Under the pieces are notes generated by a model. The model saw nothing but the letters and a program-made list of their open reading frames with translations. It was not told the origin of the DNA and did no database searches. The translations under genes and the position numbers were made by a program. This document shows positions 18,820-27,817 of a stretch of 64,000 nucleotides of DNA, one piece after another. How positions within the stretch are numbered: position 1 is the stretch's first letter; the number at the start of each line of letters is the position of its first letter. Origin of the DNA: an uncultured virus (IMG/VR IMGVR_UViG_2648501449_000003) (Duplodnaviria > Heunggongvirae > Uroviricota > Caudoviricetes); IMG/VR virus record IMGVR_UViG_2648501449_000003; one strand, given 5' to 3'.

Positions 18820-19194
18820 GTGACGATGCCGCAGCGGATTCAGCGGAAGCGCACTAGGGGTTGGCGAATGCCCGAGGGTGCTATCTACGTCGGGCGACCG
18901 AGCCAATGGGGCAACCCGTTTCGACCTGTTCTCGTCGGTGGCGAGTGGCTCATAGAGGATGACAACGGCGTCCAGTACGACGGGTTCGGGAGCAAGGTAA
19001 GCGCTATCGGTCGGTGCGTTGCGCTCTACCGGTCGCTCGATATGACGTTCATGACAGACGCAGACCTAGACGAGTTCGTCGCGCCGCTACGGGGCCACGA
19101 TCTCGCCTGCTGGTGCTCTCTCGATTCCCCTTGTCATGCAGACGTGCTGCTTGAACTCGCTAACGATCCACCGTCGAACGGAGAAGCTTTGTGA
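18820..19194 (+). CDS. DUF4326-domain protein
   Basis: IYVGRPSQWGNPF...LRGHDLACWC...CHADVL. Confidence 0.85.
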   Translation: MTMPQRIQRKRTRGWRMPEGAIYVGRPSQWGNPFRPVLVGGEWLIEDDNGVQYDGFGSKVSAIGRCVALYRSLDMTFMTDADLDEFVAPLRGHDLACWCSLDSPCHADVLLELANDPPSNGEAL

Positions 19195-19333
19195 GCGAAC
19201 TACGTAGAGCACTGTTGGTAGCCAAAGCGGAAGCGGCACTTATCCCCACCGGCCGACGGGCTGAGCTCGACCGCAGATTCACTGCGGCCCAGAAGGCGGC
19301 ACAGGCTCACGCCACGTACAGGAGGTCCGCTTA

Positions 19334-20011
19334 GTGTCCGTCTCCGACAGCTTCTTTCTCGATAAAGGCTCCCAACACAAGCTCCGTGAAGAGTTGGCCA
19401 GCATCCCCCGCATGATCGGGGAGCTGTCCGTCACCCTCACCCGCCAGGCTCGCATCCAGAGGCCAGGGTTGAGTATGTCCCGAAGGCCCAAGCCTGAGTC
19501 TCAGGTCCCCATCCATATCGGGGCACACAACGCCGCTGACGTACTGCACAACTGCCTAGGTACGTGGGTGAGGCTGGTATGCGAACAACGAGCGATCGTG
19601 TGGGATAAGGGCAACGACATCATCACGCTGGCCAAGTGGCTGCGAGTCAACATGATCGCCCTAGCCCTCACTGAAGGTTCAGAAGAAGCGTACGAGGACA
19701 TCAAAGCCGCTATCGATGACTGCTGGCGACAGATAGACATCCCCGCCGACGATGACATTGTGATCGACCGAGGACGAGTACATGAAGCGAACAAACACAT
19801 CGTCACCGCCGACACCATCGAACCTATCGCCCGCCGGATAGGGGAGATGGGAAAGAAGCTGAATGCGCAGCGGGTGCACTCGCTTACCCGTGGTGGGCAT
19901 CTGCGTCCAGTCTCTAGCGACCCGGACACGGGTAAGAAGTTCTACCGACTGGGGGATGTGCTGCACGCGCACAACAACTGCGAGAAACGAGACCGAAAGA
20001 AGGGCGCATGA
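19334..20011 (+). CDS. phage hypothetical protein with possible C-terminal HTH
   Basis: 225-aa ORF ending in ...FYRLGDVL. Confidence 0.65.
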   Translation: MSVSDSFFLDKGSQHKLREELASIPRMIGELSVTLTRQARIQRPGLSMSRRPKPESQVPIHIGAHNAADVLHNCLGTWVRLVCEQRAIVWDKGNDIITLAKWLRVNMIALALTEGSEEAYEDIKAAIDDCWRQIDIPADDDIVIDRGRVHEANKHIVTADTIEPIARRIGEMGKKLNAQRVHSLTRGGHLRPVSSDPDTGKKFYRLGDVLHAHNNCEKRDRKKGA

Positions 20012-20208
20012 GCGACGGACGCGGCATGTACATGAAGTACCGAGTTGAGCGGATGGACGGCAAGGATATGGGGCCATGTTTCATCCTTGAATACAAGAAG
20101 GATCGCCACGCGCGGGTGGCACTTGCGGCGTATGCCGACGCGTGCGCCGAGGACAATCCTGGACTAGCCCAAGACCTGCGGTGGACGCTAGAGGAGCTGG
20201 AGCGGTGA
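20008..20208 (+). CDS. hypothetical protein
   Basis: Coupled ORF; homologous to an internal domain of 9319..10314. Confidence 0.7.
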   Translation: MSDGRGMYMKYRVERMDGKDMGPCFILEYKKDRHARVALAAYADACAEDNPGLAQDLRWTLEELER

Positions 20209-20504
20209 GGGTCGGGACCTGTCCGAAGTGTAAGCACTTGGAAGGTCGACACATCCAGTCCACGTACTTCGATGAAGAGACGTGGACTGGCCGATTCGTG
20301 TACGCCAGGTGCGATTGTGGCTGCACCCACTACGTCGTAGTGGAGCCGGTCTAGTGTCGGCCCTCGACTGTGAGGGGAGTGACCTAGATCCTGGTTGGTG
20401 CTGCACCCATAGATGCGATTTCAGGGACCCTAGGCATCCGCACTGCTGGCAGAACTGTGACGAAGAAGATTGCGCCGCCCCTGAGTGTGATTGGGTTGAG
20501 TAGT

Positions 20505-20693
20505 TCACGCTGGTCGCACATACTGCGCAGGCCAAGGTATCTCACGCATCTTCCACGCCTGCGTAGGGTTGGCCGCAGTGACCCAAACGATAGGCATATC
20601 GCGTCCGGGAACTACCCGAGTGGTAGTTAGACACTCAACTTCACCACCGGTTGCGGTGGTTACGTAGACACGCATTCTAGCTTCAATACCCAT
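20505..20693 (-). CDS. small hypothetical protein
   Basis: Leftward ORF with AT-rich upstream region. Confidence 0.45.
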   Translation of the reverse strand: MGIEARMRVYVTTATGGEVECLTTTRVVPGRDMPIVWVTAANPTQAWKMREIPWPAQYVRPA

Positions 20694-20784
20694 ACGTCTA
20701 GCGTCGGTCTTGCCAAAAGATCTGTAAAGAAAAATCTATGCGACACCGCGTTATGGCAGTGCCTTATGGCAAGCCGCAAAGGGA

Positions 20785-21045
20785 GTGAAACTGATGAACG
20801 TATGGATAGTCTCTGCGCATCGGTCCTGGGGCGACAGGATTGAATACCACGGACACAGGGGGGATACCCACCGCTGGATGGGCTGGACGCGACCCATACC
20901 CAAGGTGGGGGAAGTTATTGAAACTGAATTGAAGTCCGGACGGGCGGCCCGCTTTCGGATAGTTGAGGTTGAGCGCGGGTACGGCACGGATGATATGTGG
21001 TGGGCCACAACCTCGGACGCGCCCATTTATGGAGCGACGACGTAA
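20785..21045 (+). CDS. hypothetical protein
   Basis: 86-aa ORF. Confidence 0.55.
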   Translation: MKLMNVWIVSAHRSWGDRIEYHGHRGDTHRWMGWTRPIPKVGEVIETELKSGRAARFRIVEVERGYGTDDMWWATTSDAPIYGATT

Positions 21046-21056
21046 CTGCCTCCACC

Positions 21057-21085
21057 TTGCATAAGTATATCGGTTCTGATATATT
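21057..21085 (+). promoter_or_regulatory. SigA-type leaderless promoter and operator of the TA operon
   Basis: TTGCAT-17-TATATT, 6 nt before GTG; imperfect palindrome ATATCGGTTCTGATAT in the spacer. Confidence 0.7.
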
Positions 21086-21091
21086 AATGAG

Positions 21092-21424
21092 GTGACCGAC
21101 GAAAAGCCTCTCCGCTGGATAGGTACCTCACTTGAGGACCTACGGGACTTCCCCGAAGCGGCACGGCAGGACGCCGGTTACCAACTGGATAGGGTTCAGC
21201 ACGGCCTAGAGCCCCACGACTGGAAGCCAATGCCAACAGTCGGCAAGGGCTGCCGCGAGATACGCGTACGCACCGAAGACGGCGCGTACCGTGTGTTCTA
21301 CGTAGCCACCCTTGGGGATGTGGTGTTCGTACTGCACAGCTTCGTCAAGAAGTCACAGAAGACTTCCCAGCAAGACATCAACACCGGTAAGGCTCGATAC
21401 AAGAAAGCGCAGGAGGAACTATGA
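21092..21424 (+). CDS. RelE/HigB-like (Gp49/DUF891) toxin
   Basis: SLEDLRDFP...GYQLDRVQ.G...EIRV...YRVFYVA...VLHSFVKKSQKT. Confidence 0.9.
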   Translation: MTDEKPLRWIGTSLEDLRDFPEAARQDAGYQLDRVQHGLEPHDWKPMPTVGKGCREIRVRTEDGAYRVFYVATLGDVVFVLHSFVKKSQKTSQQDINTGKARYKKAQEEL

Positions 21425-21672
21425 GCGTATGGGACGACATCGCCGACACCCCGCGCGAAGCGGAGAACCTTCGCGTGCGGTCTGAGCTGATGATGGCAAT
21501 CGAAAAGAAGATCAACGAGCGCGAATGGACCCAGGTCCAGGCCGCCGAAGCACTCGGACTGACCCAGCCTCGGGTGTCGGATCTGCTGCGCGGCAAGATC
21601 TCCAAGTTCTCCTTGGATGCTCTCGTGGACATCGCTTCCGGGTTGGATGTGCACGTGAAGGTGTGCGTCTGA
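21421..21672 (+). CDS. HigA-like XRE antitoxin
   Basis: TQVQAAEALGLTQPRVSDLLRGKISKFSLD. Confidence 0.9.
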   Translation: MSVWDDIADTPREAENLRVRSELMMAIEKKINEREWTQVQAAEALGLTQPRVSDLLRGKISKFSLDALVDIASGLDVHVKVCV

Positions 21673-21757
21673 TTGCGACACGCCGACCAGGGGATATACC
21701 CCTTAACCGCTGTCAAGTAGTAAACTGCGCATAGGCGCGACTTACACCCATTCTTTT

Positions 21758-21792
21758 AAACCCCCATCGACATTTGTTCGGTGGGGGTTTTT
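21758..21792 (+). terminator. intrinsic terminator
   Basis: AAACCCCCATCGA...TCGGTGGGGGTTTTTT. Confidence 0.7.
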
Positions 21793-22384
21793 CTATGCCC
21801 AAACGGAGGTTCCCTTATGCCTCTGTCTCGTGTCCGCTGCTGCATCCCCTGTGGCCGTATCCGCTACGCCCCCTGCTCTGCAGGGTGTCGAGTAGATCCC
21901 GAGAACGACCCAACAAGCTGGACAGAACAGGTGCCGCCGAGCGATGAAGCTGAGTAAGGAAGCGCGCAATACCGTCGCCGACTGCATCAGTAAGGGCATC
22001 CACCTGACGCTGGACGTTCAGTGCGATGGCGAGCCGATGGGCGGCTGGTGCGATAAGTGCGAGAAACCGTCGATGGTCGAAGTGCAACTGCGTGGCATCT
22101 CCACTGACGCCGTGTACGACCTCGGACCCGCCGTCGTATGTGCAAACCATGAGGCTGGCGATGATTGAATGTCTTGGTTGCGGCTCGACGGTGGGGCAAG
22201 ACGGCGATTGCCCGCGCCCCGAACACTGCGGAAACTGCCCACCTTGGGACTGTGACGAATGCGGCCAGCAGTGCTCGATCAACACCCCTTGCGGGTGCTG
22301 GATTTTCCTTGAAGGCATGAACCTCGCCGACATCAAGGCGGTACTCGCCGCAGCCGATCTGAGTGTCAATGTGGAGGTGCCGCC

Positions 22385-22681
22385 ATGCTCGACAGATTCT
22401 TCGCGGCACTAGCCGGCGCCATGGCCCCTCCACTCGTGGCCATGTGTGAGCGCATCGCGGATAAGAAGATCCCTGACGACACCGTGCCGAAGTTCATGGA
22501 CGGCCTGCTGGATATCGCCCGCGACGGCGTTGACCGCGCCGTGAGTGTGGTGCAGACGTCCGCTGACGGTATTGCCGGTAGCGCGGAAGCTGAACTAGGT
22601 CAGCTCGGCTCGGAGATTAGGGGAGTGGTCAAAGCGGCCAACCCCATAGATATTCTCGGCAGCCTGTTCGGGCGACGCTAG
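22385..22681 (+). CDS. hypothetical protein
   Basis: GGAGG RBS; stop TAG is the first 3 nt of module copy 3. Confidence 0.65.
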   Translation: MLDRFFAALAGAMAPPLVAMCERIADKKIPDDTVPKFMDGLLDIARDGVDRAVSVVQTSADGIAGSAEAELGQLGSEIRGVVKAANPIDILGSLFGRR

Positions 22682-22722
22682 ACACCGCTGATGTCGCTGC
22701 ACCGCAGTAAAATTGAGGTATG
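22679..22722 (+). repeat. 44-bp module, copy 3
   Basis: TAGACACCGCTGATGTCGCTGCACCGCAGTAAAATTGAGGTATG. Confidence 0.9.
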
Positions 22723-22896
22723 AGCATTGAGACCGAGCGGCAGTTGAATCGCCGCTGCATTGAGCTGCAAGACGAGATAATCCGCTGGGGCGAGAAGGCG
22801 CAGTGGGCGCTTGAGCAAGATGACACCGGATGGTGGGGCGATGTCCTCGGTGGCATCGTCAAGCGCGGCAAGCTGATGGCAGAGAAGGGCACCTAA
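22720..22896 (+). CDS. 58-aa hypothetical protein (not in ORF track)
   Basis: MSIETERQLNRRCIELQDEIIRW...; started by module copy 3. Confidence 0.65.
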   Translation: MSIETERQLNRRCIELQDEIIRWGEKAQWALEQDDTGWWGDVLGGIVKRGKLMAEKGT

Positions 22897-23007
22897 CGAT
22901 GTGCCCTCCACGCTGTCAGAACTGCATCCATCCGCAGCATGACCACGAAGGCTGGTTTGGTCGCTGCACCCGCGACGACTGCGAATGTAAGGCAATGCAG
23001 GACTGAC

Positions 23008-23051
23008 TTGCCCCTACAGCCTCTCCGTTCTACTATCGAACACATGTTCGA
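23008..23051 (+). promoter_or_regulatory. leaderless promoter overlapped by a LexA (SOS) box
   Basis: TTGCCC-17-TACTAT; TCGAACACATGTTCGA 23036-23051 matches TCGAAC-N4-GTTCGA. Confidence 0.85.
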
Positions 23052-23289
23052 CAAGGTGTCATACCGTATCGAAGGTGATGGACCCGTCACAGCGGTACTC
23101 ACTTACCAAAACCGGGAGTACCGGCACACCTCCCGAACCATGTGGCTCGGACACGAAGACGGCATGCCCCAAGGCTCCATCCAACTCGACGAGCATGTGT
23201 GGGCGCGGCTACAGCGCATCAACGGAACCATAGAAGCCACCATCACCGACTCTAAGACTGGTGAAAGCTACACCCTCACACCTGAATAG
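23044..23289 (+). CDS. putative SOS-regulated hypothetical protein
   Basis: ATG lies inside the SOS box; MFDKVSYRIEG... Confidence 0.7.
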   Translation: MFDKVSYRIEGDGPVTAVLTYQNREYRHTSRTMWLGHEDGMPQGSIQLDEHVWARLQRINGTIEATITDSKTGESYTLTPE

Positions 23290-23330
23290 ACACCGCGACT
23301 TACGCTGTAGCTCGGTAAAATTGAGGTATG
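23287..23330 (+). repeat. 44-bp module, copy 4
   Basis: TAGACACCGCGACTTACGCTGTAGCTCGGTAAAATTGAGGTATG. Confidence 0.9.
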
Positions 23331-23564
23331 GATGATCCCGAGATTGAAGTCGCTGAGGCGGTGTGTAAACGGCACAACTGGGACGGCATGATGTTTTGCG
23401 CTTGCACTGCCGCTGCTCGTGAAGCTTTGAAGCGAGTGGGCGCCGATCTGCAATCCGTCGATGGCGTCTTAGGTCTGCTTCATCATCGAGGGCTTGTTGA
23501 CTCCGAGCGCAATAGAGCTGATGTGAAAGCTGCCCTCGAAATCGTACAGAGGTACACCCGATGA
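23328..23564 (+). CDS. hypothetical protein
   Basis: Started by module copy 4. Confidence 0.65.
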   Translation: MDDPEIEVAEAVCKRHNWDGMMFCACTAAAREALKRVGADLQSVDGVLGLLHHRGLVDSERNRADVKAALEIVQRYTR

Positions 23565-23836
23565 CTGAACCATCTCAAGCCCATATAGACCGGGCACGTG
23601 AACTCGGCCTCTCTTTCGATCCTTCTGATACATCGGATGAAGAGTTAAGCCGTGCTATCGCAACGTATGAGCGGGTTTACATCGAGGCGATGACCGAGAA
23701 TGCTGGTAGGGACACTGATACTCCTACTGAGCGCCGCAAGATGCTGGGCGTATGGACTCAGCGCGATGAAGAAGAGGCCAAGGAAGCCGCTGAACGGCGG
23801 CGGATGTTCGGCTCCCGACGAATCCCACCCGCCTAG
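23561..23836 (+). CDS. hypothetical protein
   Basis: ATGA-coupled; stop is the TAG of copy 5. Confidence 0.65.
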   Translation: MTEPSQAHIDRARELGLSFDPSDTSDEELSRAIATYERVYIEAMTENAGRDTDTPTERRKMLGVWTQRDEEEAKEAAERRRMFGSRRIPPA

Positions 23837-23878
23837 ACACCGCTGATTCCTCTGAAACGTCGGATAATTGAAGGTATG
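23834..23878 (+). repeat. 45-bp module, copy 5
   Basis: TAGACACCGCTGATTCCTCTGAAACGTCGGATAATTGAAGGTATG. Confidence 0.9.
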
Positions 23879-24148
23879 GACATCACCGAGAAGCCATTGA
23901 CCAACCTGGCTGACACAATACATACAGCCCTGATCGGACACAGGCCGGACGACTACGCCTGCTACTACAAGCAGCTTTTCAATGTGTTTGGAGCGCCCGG
24001 CATCCCGAACACCTACGAGGCGGTACTCAAGCGTTACGGCAGGGTAATCCATCGAGAGACATTCTGGCGGCGCAAGAGCGCAGAGAAGCAATGCATCGCA
24101 TGGAAGCGCTTGTATGACGCCGTCGTACTACCACCTCCACAGTCCTAG
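23876..24148 (+). CDS. hypothetical protein flanked by copies 5 and 6
   Basis: ATG from copy 5, TAG from copy 6. Confidence 0.65.
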   Translation: MDITEKPLTNLADTIHTALIGHRPDDYACYYKQLFNVFGAPGIPNTYEAVLKRYGRVIHRETFWRRKSAEKQCIAWKRLYDAVVLPPPQS

Positions 24149-24189
24149 ACACCGCTGATCCCGTTGAAACGCGGGATAATTGAGGTATG
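24146..24189 (+). repeat. 44-bp module, copy 6
   Basis: TAGACACCGCTGATCCCGTTGAAACGCGGGATAATTGAGGTATG. Confidence 0.9.
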
Positions 24190-24354
24190 AACGACGAATT
24201 GAGCTTCCTGCTTGAGGCGTCGCCGGAAGAGTGGGATACCTTCATTGGATGCCCACATACAGGCAAGTCCTACACGGAAGTGGGACGGCTAACCGGCGAG
24301 GTGTTCACGCGCTGCTGCGACTGTCACACGGCTTTGCCTAATCTCCCGTCCTAG
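24187..24354 (+). CDS. 55-aa Cys-containing hypothetical protein (not in ORF track)
   Basis: MNDELSFLLEASPEEWDTFIGCPH...RCCDCH; started by copy 6. Confidence 0.6.
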   Translation: MNDELSFLLEASPEEWDTFIGCPHTGKSYTEVGRLTGEVFTRCCDCHTALPNLPS

Positions 24355-24628
24355 CTGAATCCCTTTGGGAGGTAATCATGCTTGATGGTCAACCGTTGGG
24401 CGAGTACCCGGAACTGGGGCCGACGCACACCGCCGAGTATTTCGAGCTCCTAACACTGGCCTACTTAGCCAGGCTCATGGGTTACCACATCTAGTGCCAT
24501 GCCCCTCACTGCTAACCAGCTCCGCATCCTAGAGGCGTTGCAGCGGTTACGTATAGCCCGTACTGAGGGCGATGTTGACGCCGAGCTCGTGGCCTACAGC
24601 CGCATGGATGAGCTACTGGATCGTGAAC

Positions 24629-24910
24629 CTAGGGGCATAGGTTCCGTTTCGCCGATCGCGCCATAGCCAACAGATTGGCTGGTGTCGCGTTCGGATAGTT
24701 GGAGTGCGAGGCGACCTGCTCGGGGGTTTCCCCGTTGCGCAAGTCATTGCACATGCCGTTCCCGGCGGCCAGTAGGAACGGCCGGGACTGCCACATCACT
24801 TGAAAACCCTGCCCGGACAGTTCGTCCAGGTAGGCGTCATCGTCCGCGTACGCCGCGGGCGCGAAAACAATGCTGGCCGCTACGGCGGCTGCAGCTGCGA
24901 TCTTGATCAT
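24629..24910 (-). CDS. DUF732-domain secreted protein
   Basis: Signal peptide, DDDAYLDEL...GNGMCNDLRNG...LCP; TACGAT -10 six nt before ATG. Confidence 0.8.
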   Translation of the reverse strand: MIKIAAAAAVAASIVFAPAAYADDDAYLDELSGQGFQVMWQSRPFLLAAGNGMCNDLRNGETPEQVASHSNYPNATPANLLAMARSAKRNLCP

Positions 24911-25115
24911 TGGCGGATCGTAGACCTCCACCCCGACGGGTACAGGCGAAACGGGAGATCAGATGGCCGTGCAGCACTGCGAGGGTTGCCCCTCGTGAGG
25001 CGATCCAAGGATTGGGAGACCCCCCGAATTCGTAAGCGAGACTTGGGACGGGCGGTCGACCCAACTACCTGTTCTTGCGGGGACGCCGAATGCCCAGAAT
25101 GCATGGACTGGCTAG

Positions 25116-25712
25116 ATGACTAGCCTAATCGACACATGCGCGGTATTTGGGTGTGGCATAAAGCGTCGGACGCGCGGTCTATGTCCATCGCATTACCAGC
25201 GATGGCGCCGACACGGGGATCCACTAGCTGGAGGCCTGCCAGCCGGCGCACCATTTGAGGATAGGTATTGGTCCAAGGTGGATAAGTCGGGCCGCTGCTG
25301 GCTATGGACCGGGGCGAAGAATGATGCCGGATACGGTCAGATCAGCGTGGGCGGGAAGATGGTTTACGCCCACCGCCTCTCCCTGGAGATGTCCACGGGG
25401 AGCACAATCCCACCCGGGATGGACGTTGACCACATGTGCCATACCCGGCACTGCGTAAACCCTAATCACCTCAGGCTGGCGACGCGTAAGCAGAACTTGG
25501 AAAATAGGCGGACCGCCAACTCATCATCTAAGTCGGGCATCCGTGGCGTCTCATACTCAATCAGCTCACGTCGTTACCTAAAGCCCTGGCTAGCGCAGGT
25601 CAGGTCAAAGGGGCAGCCGACCTACTCGGGCTATTTCAGCACTAAAGAGGAAGCTGCCGCAGCGGTCGTTTCAGCTCGACTTCGCATGATGACACACAGT
25701 CAAGAGGATTAG
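25116..25712 (+). CDS. HNH homing endonuclease with AP2-like domain
   Basis: CWLWTGA...AHRLS...DHMCHTRHCVNPNHL...SGIRGVS...GYFSTKEEAAAA. Confidence 0.9.
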   Translation: MTSLIDTCAVFGCGIKRRTRGLCPSHYQRWRRHGDPLAGGLPAGAPFEDRYWSKVDKSGRCWLWTGAKNDAGYGQISVGGKMVYAHRLSLEMSTGSTIPPGMDVDHMCHTRHCVNPNHLRLATRKQNLENRRTANSSSKSGIRGVSYSISSRRYLKPWLAQVRSKGQPTYSGYFSTKEEAAAAVVSARLRMMTHSQED

Positions 25713-25714
25713 CG

Positions 25715-26989
25715 ATGACCGGGCGTCGTCTCGGGGTAGCGATCACCACCCACAACCGCAGGGATGTTCTCCTCAACGCGTTAACGCATTGGATCGAGCA
25801 CACCTCGGCTGATGTTCCGATTGTTGTTGTGGACGACGGCAGCGACGAGCCGCTGTGCCTTGAGGGCTGGCGGGGTATCCCGGTGCATCGAGTGCCGAGT
25901 GTGAGTGTTGTTCGCCATCCATTACCTATGGGGATAGCGGTGGCGAAGAACCGATGCATCGCCGAGCTCATGGACTTGGGGTGCGACCACCTGTTTCTGG
26001 CTGACGACGATGTGTGGCCCACCGTAGACGAGTGGTGGCAGCCTTACGTTGAGTCGCCGGAACCGCATCTGTCGTTCCAGTGGCCCAGCGGGGGCCGGCA
26101 CAGCGTCACTCACCAGGACGAGCAGCATTTCGCTATCGGATTCCCCCGCGGGGTTCTCCTATACGCCGAACGCCGAGTGATCGACACGGTGGGCGGCATG
26201 GACACCGGATATGGGGCGCACGGCGGCGAACACGTCGACTGGTCACAGAGAATCCACGACGCAGGGTTGACGCGATGGCCGTTCGCCGATGTCCGAGGAT
26301 CACACAACTTGATCTACTCCCGCGACAAAGCCGAAGGAAACCGAACAGGTTCTTCCCGGTTTGAGCTTCCCGAGCGTGCCCGGATGTGTGAGGCCAATGG
26401 AAACCGTTGGGGCCACAAGCACCCAACATGGCCGTACTTTCCATTCCGGGGAGGCGAGGGCGTCCAGGACTACCAGTTAGGCCCGTACTTCCCGCCCGCG
26501 GAGCATTATTCGCTGCTGCGGCATGTGGTCGGTTTGAGACCTTCCGGTGTGGCTTTGGAGTTTGGGGTGGGTAAAGGCGAATCGACCCGCATCATTGCCG
26601 AGCACATGCCGGTGATCGGATTCGACAGCTTCACCGGACTGCCTGAGGATTGGCGCGACGGATTCCCTAAGGGGTCGTTCGCGCATAAACCACCAGCCAT
26701 CAACAACACTCGCCTAGTGATAGGTCGGTATGCCGACACCCTGCCAGGGTTCACGTTCCCTGAGTGTGGTTTGGTGCATATCGACTGCGACCTGTACTCG
26801 TCCACGGCAACAGCTCTGGAATATCTACAGCTCAAGCCTGGAACTTATGTCGTTTTTGATGAGTGGCACAGCTACGACGGCTGCGAAGACCACGAGATGA
26901 AAGCCTGGCGCGAATATGCCGACCGCACCGGCATCAACTGGTGTGTGGTTGGGCATTCGCATGAGGCTTGGGCGATTCGGATCACCTAG
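25715..26989 (+). CDS. GT2 glycosyltransferase fused to TylF/MycF-like O-methyltransferase
   Basis: ITTHNR, VVDDGS, LADDD; then LEFGVGKG, GFDSFTGLPE, HIDCDLYSS, VFDE. Confidence 0.85.
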   Translation: MTGRRLGVAITTHNRRDVLLNALTHWIEHTSADVPIVVVDDGSDEPLCLEGWRGIPVHRVPSVSVVRHPLPMGIAVAKNRCIAELMDLGCDHLFLADDDVWPTVDEWWQPYVESPEPHLSFQWPSGGRHSVTHQDEQHFAIGFPRGVLLYAERRVIDTVGGMDTGYGAHGGEHVDWSQRIHDAGLTRWPFADVRGSHNLIYSRDKAEGNRTGSSRFELPERARMCEANGNRWGHKHPTWPYFPFRGGEGVQDYQLGPYFPPAEHYSLLRHVVGLRPSGVALEFGVGKGESTRIIAEHMPVIGFDSFTGLPEDWRDGFPKGSFAHKPPAINNTRLVIGRYADTLPGFTFPECGLVHIDCDLYSSTATALEYLQLKPGTYVVFDEWHSYDGCEDHEMKAWREYADRTGINWCVVGHSHEAWAIRIT

Positions 26990-26995
26990 GGAGTT

Positions 26996-27817
26996 GTGTT
27001 GCGAGTCATCCTCTTTGTGTTCGCGGGCCGTAAAGCCAATATGCAACTCCAGGTACCGTACATCAAACGCATCCTGGCTGAGCATCCGAATGTTGAATAC
27101 GACATCTGGAACCTCGCCCGCGACCCCAAGGACGCGGAGTATCTGCAAACCATCACGGGCGAGCGGATCACCGTCCGTAACGACTTCCATGGCGGATGCC
27201 ATTGGACCGGTTTCAACAAGGTGTGGTGGTACTACGCCCAACCCGAGTATCGGGACTGTTTGTTCGTCAAGGTCGATGACGATGACGTGTTCTTCGAGAC
27301 CGCACGCTTCGGTGAATACCTTGAGGCGATAGACAACAACCGCGGCAGCGTTGTCTCCGCGCTGACCGTGAACAACGGCGCCTCAACATGGTTGGAGCCG
27401 CTGATTTGGCGCGGCTTCGAGAACCTGAACATCCCTTTGTTGGATGTGCACATGTCCGGCGACTACGCCCACATGTCACACGAGCATTTCCTGACCAATT
27501 GGCGGGATGTGACTGGTCAACCCAACCAGGTCATCCCGACGACGGACTGGTTGTCGATCAACTGCATCGGACTCGACCACCCCACCCTGAAACGCATCGC
27601 AGACCTACTGGACACCCCTTCGCCTGCCCATATCGCAGGCAGGGATTGGCCGCACGGCTTCAAGATCGGTGACGAAGGTGCAGCCAATATGCAGCCCCGA
27701 GTCATCCATAGAGGGTTTGTGGTGTCGCACCTATCGTTTGGACCTCAAGAACTCCCCGATGAGACGTGGGACCAGCTGCGCGCTGGTTATGCGAAGGTCG
27801 CAGGGGAGTACCTGTGA
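26996..27817 (+). CDS. putative glycosyltransferase
   Basis: FAGRK, FVKVDDDDVF (DxD), SINCI, VSHLSFGPQ. Confidence 0.7.
   Translation: MLRVILFVFAGRKANMQLQVPYIKRILAEHPNVEYDIWNLARDPKDAEYLQTITGERITVRNDFHGGCHWTGFNKVWWYYAQPEYRDCLFVKVDDDDVFFETARFGEYLEAIDNNRGSVVSALTVNNGASTWLEPLIWRGFENLNIPLLDVHMSGDYAHMSHEHFLTNWRDVTGQPNQVIPTTDWLSINCIGLDHPTLKRIADLLDTPSPAHIAGRDWPHGFKIGDEGAANMQPRVIHRGFVVSHLSFGPQELPDETWDQLRAGYAKVAGEYL

Noticed and set aside
20742..20790. GACACCGCG partial linker (also GACACGCC at 21677)
   Set aside because: Lacks the TA prefix and the AATTGAGGTATG half; could be a GACAC box but is not the module.
21767..21782. SOS-box-like TCGACATTTGTTCGG
   Set aside because: One base short of the consensus and better explained as part of the terminator hairpin.
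22679..24354. CRISPR array interpretation of the repeated linker
   Set aside because: Spacers are whole genes of 270-560 bp, the repeat middles are degenerate, and no cas genes are present.
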